A stretch of 64,000 bases of DNA from an uncultured Clostridia bacterium (GTDB lineage: Bacteria; Bacillota; Clostridia; TANB77; CAG-508). Under the pieces are notes generated by a model. The model ran no database searches, was not told the origin of the DNA, and saw only the letters and a list, made by a program, of their open reading frames with translations. The DNA lies in the NCBI GenBank assembly GCA_944390345.1, contig CALXPP010000001.1, positions 20,570 to 84,569 of the forward strand, given 5' to 3'. Position 1 is the stretch's first letter, and every line of letters begins with the position of its first letter. This document shows, piece by piece, positions 10,449 through 20,119 of the stretch. The position numbers were made by a program, and so were the translations under genes.

Positions 10449-10868
10449 ATGGAAGAAGAAATTGTATTAAAAATTAAAAAATCTACAGTTTTAGATATAT
10501 TAAATCTAATTTTAAAAATTTATACAGTATTTTTATTTTTCTTAGCACTGATAATTCAATCTAGTGAAACAATTATTCAAACAGGTATTATGATAGTAGT
10601 TATTGTAGTTTTCGATTTTATTAATGATGGAGAAATAATACTATCAAATAAAGGTATTAATGTTTCAAGCTTAGGCTTTACAAATTGGAGAAATATAGAA
10701 AGGTTTGATATAAATAAACACATTGTATCTGTAAAAATCAAAGATGAAAGAACTAAAAAAGTACAGATCAGTATAAGAGAAAGCAATATAAATATAAAAA
10801 ATGCTAGTAGATTAGCAGAAGCAAAATTAGAATTAAATTCTATGAGAAATAATTCTTCTGATTTTTAA
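10449..10868 (+). CDS. hypothetical membrane protein
   Basis: Two predicted TM helices near the N-terminus; AGAGGA RBS; no family recognised. Confidence 0.5.
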   Translation: MEEEIVLKIKKSTVLDILNLILKIYTVFLFFLALIIQSSETIIQTGIMIVVIVVFDFINDGEIILSNKGINVSSLGFTNWRNIERFDINKHIVSVKIKDERTKKVQISIRESNINIKNASRLAEAKLELNSMRNNSSDF

Positions 10869-11040
10869 AATCCTTTTTAAAAAATTTTAGAATATTTTTA
10901 GAAGAAAAGCAAACATATTTAATAAGTTTATAAAATAGTTTTAAAAATCTTAAAAGAATATAGCTTTAAAAACCTTATAAAAAGTACTTGATTTTTTTAA
11001 TATAAAATGATAAACTAAATACATCAAAGGGATGAATTCT

Positions 11041-11088
11041 AAACAGATTAAAAAAAAACTCTTTTTTAATCTGTTTTTTGTTTTTTTA
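11041..11088 (+). terminator. leader terminator (attenuator) upstream of pyrG
   Basis: aacagattaaaa...ttttaatctgtt hairpin followed by ttttgttttttt, ~30 nt before the pyrG RBS. Confidence 0.6.
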
Positions 11089-11119
11089 TTTTAATATATG
11101 GAATATGAAAGGAGTAGCA

Positions 11120-12721
11120 ATGGGTACAAAATATGTATTTATAACAGGAGGAGTGGTATCTGGTTTAGGAAAGGGAATAACAGCATCATCTTTAGGAAGA
11201 TTACTAAAAAATAGAGGATATAAAGTTGTAAATCAAAAGTTTGATCCTTATATTAATATAGATCCAGGAACTATGAGCCCTTATGAGCACGGAGAAGTTT
11301 TTGTAACAGATGATGGAGCAGAAACAGATTTAGATTTAGGTCACTACGAAAGATTTACAGATGTAAATTTAACTAGAAACAGTAGTATTACTTCGGGAAA
11401 AATTTATCAAAGTGTAATAGAAAAAGAAAGAAAAGGGGATTATTTAGGAAAGACAGTGCAAGTAATTCCACATGTTACAAATGAGATTAAAGATAGAATA
11501 TATAGCTTTGAAAATTCTGATGTAGATATAGTAATTACAGAACTAGGAGGAACAGTTGGAGATATTGAAAGTGAAGCTTTTATAGAAGCTATTCGTCAAG
11601 TAGGATTAGAAAAGCCAAGAGAAGATGTTTTGTACATTCATGTTACCTTACTTCCATATATTTCAGGTTCAAATGAACTTAAATCAAAGCCAACACAGCA
11701 TTCTGTAAAGGAATTACAATCTTTTGGTATAAAACCAGATATATTAGTTTGTAGAAGTGAAATAGAAATATCAGAAGAAATAAGACAAAAAATTGCTTTA
11801 TTTTGCAATGTTCGACCAGAAAATGTAATTCCAAACCTAACAGCAGAAAACTTGTATGCCGTTCCAATAATGCTAGAAAAACAAGGATTGGCAGTTGCTG
11901 CTTGTAAGCATTTAAAATTAGAAAATATATTACCAAACAATGAAGCTTGGGAAAAAATGCTAGATAAAATTAGAAATTTAAAAGAAGAAGTAAAAATTGC
12001 TTTAGTAGGAAAATATATGCTATTGCAAGACTCTTATCTTTCTGTTGCAGAAAGTTTAAGACATGGGGGCTTTGCTAATTCTGCAAAAGTAGATATTGGT
12101 TTTATAGATTCAGAAACTATAAATGAAAATAATGTTGCAGATATTTTAAAAGAATATGATGGTATATTAGTTCCAGGGGGATTTGGCTCAAGAGGAATAG
12201 AAGGAAAACTATGTGCTATAAAATATGCTAGAGAAAACAATATTCCTTTTTTAGGAATTTGTTTAGGAATGCAGATGGCAGTAGTAGAATTTGCAAGAAA
12301 TGTACTCGGCATAAAAAATGCAAATTCAGCAGAGTTTGATGAAGAAACTTCAGATCCAGTAATACATATAATGGAAACTCAAAAAGAAATTACAAAAAAA
12401 GGTGGAACAATGCGTTTAGGAGCATATCCTTGCAAAATAAAAAAGGATACCTTAGCTTACAAAATATATGGTGAAGAAGATATATCTGAAAGACATAGAC
12501 ATAGATTTGAATATAACAATGATTATAAAGAAAGATTAGAAGCAGCAGGTCTAATATGTTCTGGAACTTCACCAGATGGTAGTTTAGTAGAAATTGTAGA
12601 GAATATAAACCATCCTTTCTTTATAGCAGGGCAATTTCATCCAGAATTTAAATCTAGACCAGATAGACCAGCACCTTTATTTAAAGCTTTTATTAAAGCT
12701 ACATTAGAAAATAAAAAGTAA
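11120..12721 (+). CDS. pyrG: CTP synthase
   Basis: [20 protein letters not shown]-terminus after AGGAG RBS; C-terminal GATase with GICLGMQ and HPEF motifs. Confidence 0.95.
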   Translation: MGTKYVFITGGVVSGLGKGITASSLGRLLKNRGYKVVNQKFDPYINIDPGTMSPYEHGEVFVTDDGAETDLDLGHYERFTDVNLTRNSSITSGKIYQSVIEKERKGDYLGKTVQVIPHVTNEIKDRIYSFENSDVDIVITELGGTVGDIESEAFIEAIRQVGLEKPREDVLYIHVTLLPYISGSNELKSKPTQHSVKELQSFGIKPDILVCRSEIEISEEIRQKIALFCNVRPENVIPNLTAENLYAVPIMLEKQGLAVAACKHLKLENILPNNEAWEKMLDKIRNLKEEVKIALVGKYMLLQDSYLSVAESLRHGGFANSAKVDIGFIDSETINENNVADILKEYDGILVPGGFGSRGIEGKLCAIKYARENNIPFLGICLGMQMAVVEFARNVLGIKNANSAEFDEETSDPVIHIMETQKEITKKGGTMRLGAYPCKIKKDTLAYKIYGEEDISERHRHRFEYNNDYKERLEAAGLICSGTSPDGSLVEIVENINHPFFIAGQFHPEFKSRPDRPAPLFKAFIKATLENKK

Positions 12722-12769
12722 TTTTTAGAAAGGAATACTTGTAAGCTAATTACTTACAAAAAGAACAGT

Positions 12770-13723
12770 ATGAAATTTGTAAAAGTACAAAAGAGTAATC
12801 CCAATATTATAGAATGTACAGAATTAAATAATGATGTATTAGTTAGAAGAATTAATTTAGAAATCTATAATCATATTCAAGTAAGAATTTTAGATAAACA
12901 GTATGCAATACTAATAGAAAAAGGAGAAATTTTAGCCGTTTGTTCTGAAGCAGGAGATTATGAAATAGATTTTGATTTAGAAGATAATTCAGCAAGCTTA
13001 AAAAAATGGAAGTTATACAAAGATGAAAAAACTAAAACTTTACCACTTTCACTAGTGTTTATAAATTTAAAGGAAATTACAGAAAATAAATTTTACTTTA
13101 AGAAACCAATTGAATATGTAGATTGGACAAATTGCTATTATGATGAAAACTTGAAACAAAAACTTCCTTTAAAAACACAGTTCATAGGAGATGGAAAATT
13201 TAATTTTATTATAGAAAATCCTGTATTATTTCTAAATTCTATTCTAGGTATTAGAGAACACTACACAAAACAGGAACTATTAGAGCAGATAAGAAAAATA
13301 GTTGTAAATTCAATAAAATTAGGAATAGATGAATTAGGAGAGGAATATAAATTATCTATAAAACTTGTAAAAAATAAATCCAATGAACTAGAAATTAGAG
13401 TAAGTCAAAACAACTATGATGAAAAATTAGCAAAAAGAGGAATAAAAATTACATATTTTGAAATTACAAATTTTGAAGAATTAAATCAGAGTAAAACAGA
13501 TAACAGTAAAAATAATTTTGAAAAATTGTTTTTACAATTATATAAGGCAAGCAAAAATCCAGAATTTATAGAAGCAAAAAATATAACAGTTAGTATAAAT
13601 GAAGAAGGCGAAATAATTGCAAAAAGATTAGATAATATTTGCAAAAGATGTGGCAGTTTAATAGAAAGTGAAGATAAATATTGCAAAAACTGTGGTGCCA
13701 AAGTTACTGATATATCAATGTAA
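12770..13723 (+). CDS. SPFH-like domain protein with C-terminal zinc ribbon
   Basis: 317-aa ORF ending CKRCGSLIESEDKYCKNCGAKV (CxxC...CxxC); family assignment by recollection only. Confidence 0.55.
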   Translation: MKFVKVQKSNPNIIECTELNNDVLVRRINLEIYNHIQVRILDKQYAILIEKGEILAVCSEAGDYEIDFDLEDNSASLKKWKLYKDEKTKTLPLSLVFINLKEITENKFYFKKPIEYVDWTNCYYDENLKQKLPLKTQFIGDGKFNFIIENPVLFLNSILGIREHYTKQELLEQIRKIVVNSIKLGIDELGEEYKLSIKLVKNKSNELEIRVSQNNYDEKLAKRGIKITYFEITNFEELNQSKTDNSKNNFEKLFLQLYKASKNPEFIEAKNITVSINEEGEIIAKRLDNICKRCGSLIESEDKYCKNCGAKVTDISM

Positions 13724-13765
13724 AAATAAATACTGTGAAAATTTTGTGAAATTTTAAAATTAGTA

Positions 13766-13822
13766 TTGACAATTGAACTAAAAAGGTATAAATTATTAGC
13801 AGTCAAAGAAAAAGACTGCTAA
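13766..13822 (+). promoter_or_regulatory. groESL promoter (TTGACA) plus CIRCE/HrcA operator 13796-13822
   Basis: TTGACA at 13766-13771 with an A/T-rich -10; inverted repeat TTAGCAGTC-N9-GACTGCTAA matches CIRCE TTAGCACTC-N9-GAGTGCTAA with a symmetric change. Confidence 0.8.
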
Positions 13823-13841
13823 TATTATTTTAAGGAGGTAA

Positions 13842-14129
<288 letters not shown>

Positions 14130-14141
14130 GAGGGATTTTAA

Positions 14142-15776
<1,635 letters not shown>

Positions 15777-15791
15777 AATATTTATTAATAA

Positions 15792-15831
15792 AAAGAGATG
15801 TAACAATCAAAGAAAGTTACATCTCTTTTTT
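15792..15831 (+). terminator. rho-independent terminator after groEL
   Basis: aaagagatgtaac...gttacatctcttt hairpin followed by T run. Confidence 0.8.
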
Positions 15832-15849
15832 GCGTTTTTAGAAAACTAA

Positions 15850-15972
15850 TTAGCAACCACAGCCTCTGCCATTATTGTTTCCACAGCAGCAGAAAAGGAT
15901 TATTAAAAGAATTATAATCCATAAGCAGTCATTGTCTAAGAAACCACATCCACAACCTCTATTTTCTGGCAT
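15850..15972 (-). CDS. 40-aa Cys/Gly-rich hydrophobic peptide (YjcZ-like small spore-type peptide?)
   Basis: Below the ORF-track cutoff. GGGAGGG RBS 8 nt before ATG; MPENRGCGCGFLDNDCLWIIILLIILFCCCGNNNGRGCGC then TAA. Confidence 0.5.
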   Translation of the reverse strand: MPENRGCGCGFLDNDCLWIIILLIILFCCCGNNNGRGCGC

Positions 15973-16260
15973 AGTATATTTCCCTCCCTTTTTTATATCT
16001 TTTTTATTTTTTTCTTTTGTATAATACATAGTATGAAAAAAATAAAAAAGTGTTACAAAGTTAATATTATACGGATAGCTATTGATTTGATTTTAAGATA
16101 AAAATTATAAAACGACAAAAAGATATAAAAAACGACAAAAGGTGAAAAAAGAAGAAAAAGTACAAAAAGAGTAAATATTTAGTAAAAAGTTTAATAATTC
16201 AGTTTTTAAAAAAAATAACCTCAACTTGTAGTAAAATTTGTTGCCAGAGGTGATTAATTA

Positions 16261-17196
16261 ATGAAAAAGATTATTAAACTGCAAAAAAGAATGGTAACTT
16301 TTAAAACTATTGCAGAAGACTTTTTGATCTTTAAAAAAAGGCAAATAAAGCAATCTACTTATTATAATTATACTTATAAAATACAGAAATATTTACTACC
16401 AGCCTTTGAAAATTTAAGCTTAGAAGAGATATTAGAATATGATTTTAATAGGTTTAGTGAGCTTTTATTAGAAACTACACAAATCTCTAATAAATTTTTA
16501 AAAGATATTTTATTAGTATTAAAATCAATTTTAAAATTTGCAGAAAAAAAGTATGATGTAAAAATGAAGTTGGATTTAATTAATTTGCCAAGAGTTCGTA
16601 CACATAGCTTGAAAGTATTTTTAGAAAGCGATAAGAGAAAAATAAAAGCATATTGTATGAACTCAGAAAATACCAAAGATATAGGAATTGCTCTATGTTT
16701 ATATACAGGTATGAGAATAGGGGAAATATGTGCTTTAAAATGGGAGGATATTGATTTAAACAAAAGAATAATTTATGTAAGGCATACTTTACAAAGAATC
16801 TATATAGATAAAAAGAATACAAAAATTATAATTGATGCCCCAAAATCAGAAAAAAGCATAAGAAATATTCCTATGTCAAATATGATATATACAAAGCTCA
16901 AAAGTATGAGAGAAAATTTTAGCAAAGATGATTTTTTTCTAACAGGAGATAGCAAAAGCTTTATGGAACCAAGAGGTTATCAATACACCTTTAAAAAAAT
17001 GCTAAAAGAGTGTAAAATTGCAGAAAGAAATTTTCATTGTTTAAGACATACTTTTGCAACAGATTGTATAAGTGTAGGAATGGATGTAAAATCTTTAAGT
17101 GAAATACTAGGACATTCAGATGTGAGTATTACTTTAAATAGATATGTGCATTCATCAGACAAAATTAAAAAGCGCTATTTAGAAAAACTAGCGTAA
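16261..17196 (+). CDS. tyrosine recombinase / phage-type integrase
   Basis: C-terminal catalytic signature (TGMRIGEI, HCLRHTFAT, LGHSDVSITLNRYVH); N-terminal SAM-like core-binding region. Confidence 0.85.
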   Translation: MKKIIKLQKRMVTFKTIAEDFLIFKKRQIKQSTYYNYTYKIQKYLLPAFENLSLEEILEYDFNRFSELLLETTQISNKFLKDILLVLKSILKFAEKKYDVKMKLDLINLPRVRTHSLKVFLESDKRKIKAYCMNSENTKDIGIALCLYTGMRIGEICALKWEDIDLNKRIIYVRHTLQRIYIDKKNTKIIIDAPKSEKSIRNIPMSNMIYTKLKSMRENFSKDDFFLTGDSKSFMEPRGYQYTFKKMLKECKIAERNFHCLRHTFATDCISVGMDVKSLSEILGHSDVSITLNRYVHSSDKIKKRYLEKLA

Positions 17197-17352
17197 AAAT
17201 TTAAAAATCCATAAAAACAATTTTTTATAGAGTAGCTTATTTATTGAGTATTTTTAATAATATTTATTAAAATGCTTTATAAATAAGCTTTTGTTGTTTT
17301 TTATAAAATTTGACATAATTAGAACAAAACTTTACATAATGTAGAAAAATCC

Positions 17353-17381
17353 TTGAAATATTATAAAAAATATGTTATAAT
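17353..17381 (+). promoter_or_regulatory. sigma-A type promoter for the deaminase gene
   Basis: TTGAAA-N17-TATAAT with TG extension (tatgtTATAAT). Confidence 0.55.
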
Positions 17382-17466
17382 CTTAAACTAAGTAGTAGTA
17401 TAAAAATTATAACTTAAATTTTGAATATATAAGTAAAAAAATAATAGTATGGAGGTTTAGTGTTAA

Positions 17467-19956
17467 ATGGAAAAAATGCCAGTTTGGAAAGTGTTTTACT
17501 TAGATAAAGAACAAGACATAAAAGTAAATTTATATAAGAAAAATGAAGATGAATTAGCTTATTGTATAGAAACACCCAACCATAATACTGGAAATTTAAT
17601 TACTAATTTAGCAAAAGTTTGCAAATTAGAAACTCGTCAAAATGAGCACGATAAAAGAATTATTACTGGAATATTACCAGCTAGTTTAAATGCGGATAAT
17701 GAAGAAGTATATATATTTAGACTAGGTGGTATTAAAATTGCAAATATATATGCTAATGGATTAATTGAAATGAAAGCAAAAATACCAGCAATTACTAAAA
17801 TTCTAATGGCACAGACTAAAGACTATAAATTAAGTATAGATAAAACTATAGTAAAATTTTACATATTAAAAAAGGCAAAGTTTAGAACAGATTTACATAC
17901 ACATCTAAATGCAATGCTTACACCAGATATATTAATTGCTTTAGCTATTAAACACCAAATTAGATATCCATTATACTTTATACAAAAATTAAATTTAAAA
18001 ATTACGGATGACCAATCAAAAAAACTAGAAATGTATAGAAAGGCTTTAGAAAAACGCTACGAAAATAGTGACTTAAGAGGAAAAGCTTTTGAAAGAAAAA
18101 TAAAAGATGAGACTTATATAAACTTTGCAGATTTAATATTAAATAACTTAGAAAATGCAGAGGAAAATATAAGAAAAATTAAAAACAGCTTAGTATTAAT
18201 TAAAGATGGTCAGGCAGTTTTCACTAATCTAGATAAATTATATATAGTATATAGATATGTTTTTACAAAAGGAAGAGAAGCAGAAATAAAAGTAAAGTAT
18301 ACTCAAAAACAAATCGATAGTATACCAGATGAATCTGTAAAAGAACATTTAAATCAAATGTTAGAAGATGCAAAACCAGGAAATAAATATGAAAACAATA
18401 ATATACTAAAAGATAAGCTTTTATGGATTTCTAGAGAGTATCAAAAGCAAGGAATTAAGCATGTAGAAATTTCTACAACGGATTTAGTAAAAAAAGGAGA
18501 AAAAGGAGTAGCTTTCCTAAAAACTCTACACGAAATTCTACCTTTAGCAGAAGCAGAAACAGGTGTAGCAATTAGATTTTTGGCAGCTATTCGTAGAGTA
18601 TGGCTTTCTCCAGATGAAATAAGAGAAGCACTAGATGTATTAAAAGCAATGGCTAGAAGTCCTTATGTAGTAGGAAGCGACATAATAGGTGAAGAGATAA
18701 ACGATATTGCAGATTTTAGAGAATTAATTGCAGAGCTTGTAAAATATGCTGTATATGAAGACAACAGCTTTACAATTCAAATTCACGCGGGAGAAAATGA
18801 TGCTTTTAAGGATAATGTATATTCTGCAATTGAATGTGTAAAGGCAGCAATTCCAGAAGGTGCTGAATGTCCTAAGGTTAGAATAGGACATGGTTTATAT
18901 GTAGAAAATCTAAATTTTGAAAAAGGCAAGAAATTAATGGAAGATATGAAAAATATGGGAGTTGTTTTACAATTTCAATTATCTTCAAATGTGCGTTTAA
19001 ATAATTTATCAGATTTACAAAATCATCCTATAAAACAATATTTAGATAGTGGAGTAGCTTGTGTACAAGGCACAGATGGATTTGGAATATATGGTACAGA
19101 CACTTTAGAAGAACAATTAGCTTCTCAAAATTTACTTGACCTAACTAATGAAGACTTTATGAAGATGAGAGCTGTAGAAGATAAAATTTTAGCAGATAAT
19201 GAAAAAGCTTTTAAAGAAAAGTCAGAAGCTTTTGCAAAGTTAATTAAAAATAAATCCTTAGAGCAAGCCATTTTAGATTTAGAAGAAGAAAACTTCAAAA
19301 AGAGCAAAAATAAAAAGATTAAATTTTACTTTAAAAATAATTTAGAAGCTTCAGAAGTATTAAAAGAAAAAGTAGTAGCACTTCCAGAAAATAAATTTCC
19401 AGTAATAATTGCTGGAGGTAGTTTCAATACTAAAGGTAGAGAAACTATTATAAACGAAAGTGCAAAAGCTACTTTAAAAGAATTAATAGACAAACTAGAC
19501 AATAAAAAAGCTTATTTTGTAATAGGACCGAAAATGGAAGGCTATGAAAAAGCAATTTTAGATTTATCTAAAGAGATGAATAAAAAATTTGAAATAAATG
19601 CAATTGTTCCAAAACTATTATCAGAAGAAGAAAAAGAAAAACTAGAATCTAAAGATTTAGATGGAGTGTGTGTTTCAACAGAAACAGAAGAGCTTGGAAT
19701 ATACAAAAGCTTTAACTATGAAATATTTGAAAGAAGAAGTTCAGCAGTAATTGCTTTTGATGGAAATTCTCCAGCTTATAACTTAATACAAGAAGCAAAA
19801 AATGGTAAAGGAAAAGCAAAAATATTTGTAAATTCAGAAAATAATAATTTAAAAGAAAAGGCAAATAGTTTAAATGGATATGTAATTCCTTTCAAATATA
19901 CAGACAGCATAGCAGATAAGCTTTTAAAAGATTATCCAGAGCTTAAGGATAAATAA
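17467..19956 (+). CDS. adenosine-deaminase-fold protein with unknown N-terminal domain and C-terminal LOG/SLOG-like Rossmann domain (829 aa)
   Basis: ADA motifs DLHTHLN, IHAGEN, RIGHG, SSN, GTDGFG. C-terminal VIIAGGS ... YFVIGPKMEGYE ... INAIVP ... AVIAFDGNSPAYNLIQE parallels LOG-family GGS ... GGGxxG ... IGVIP ... PGGxGTxxE. Confidence 0.7.
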   Translation: MEKMPVWKVFYLDKEQDIKVNLYKKNEDELAYCIETPNHNTGNLITNLAKVCKLETRQNEHDKRIITGILPASLNADNEEVYIFRLGGIKIANIYANGLIEMKAKIPAITKILMAQTKDYKLSIDKTIVKFYILKKAKFRTDLHTHLNAMLTPDILIALAIKHQIRYPLYFIQKLNLKITDDQSKKLEMYRKALEKRYENSDLRGKAFERKIKDETYINFADLILNNLENAEENIRKIKNSLVLIKDGQAVFTNLDKLYIVYRYVFTKGREAEIKVKYTQKQIDSIPDESVKEHLNQMLEDAKPGNKYENNNILKDKLLWISREYQKQGIKHVEISTTDLVKKGEKGVAFLKTLHEILPLAEAETGVAIRFLAAIRRVWLSPDEIREALDVLKAMARSPYVVGSDIIGEEINDIADFRELIAELVKYAVYEDNSFTIQIHAGENDAFKDNVYSAIECVKAAIPEGAECPKVRIGHGLYVENLNFEKGKKLMEDMKNMGVVLQFQLSSNVRLNNLSDLQNHPIKQYLDSGVACVQGTDGFGIYGTDTLEEQLASQNLLDLTNEDFMKMRAVEDKILADNEKAFKEKSEAFAKLIKNKSLEQAILDLEEENFKKSKNKKIKFYFKNNLEASEVLKEKVVALPENKFPVIIAGGSFNTKGRETIINESAKATLKELIDKLDNKKAYFVIGPKMEGYEKAILDLSKEMNKKFEINAIVPKLLSEEEKEKLESKDLDGVCVSTETEELGIYKSFNYEIFERRSSAVIAFDGNSPAYNLIQEAKNGKGKAKIFVNSENNNLKEKANSLNGYVIPFKYTDSIADKLLKDYPELKDK

Positions 19957-20032
19957 AATATTATAAATTAGATAAAGCTAAAAAATACCTTAAAATTTAG
20001 ATTTAAAGTCTAAAAGAGAGGTATTTTTTTAA

Positions 20033-20061
20033 TTGACTTTTTTATAAGCTTTGTATAAAAT
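20033..20061 (+). promoter_or_regulatory. sigma-A type promoter for the ART-like operon
   Basis: TTGACT-N17-TAAAAT. Confidence 0.5.
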
Positions 20062-20119
20062 ATTTTTATATAGATAGCAGGAAATTTATTTTTTATTTAA
20101 GTCTTGTAGAAATTAATTT

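Noticed and set aside
11078-11119. Upstream ATG of the pyrG track ORF ([14 protein letters not shown]...)
   Set aside because: It lies inside the leader terminator T-run region without an RBS. The AGGAG RBS and the conserved [12 protein letters not shown]-terminus support ATG 11120.
16107-16142. Direct repeat aaaacgacaaaa x2 as an att site or iteron
   Set aside because: It has only two short copies in A-rich intergenic DNA with no matching copy at the other end of the putative island. It is mentioned under the recombinase finding but cannot stand alone.
17467-19956. RADAR (RdrAB) or Cad1 assignment for the adenosine-deaminase gene
   Set aside because: No RdrA-type ATPase gene is adjacent, and the protein has no CARF/SAVED-like N-terminus that I can recognise. 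No CRISPR-Cas genes are in the window, so it does not fit the described systems.
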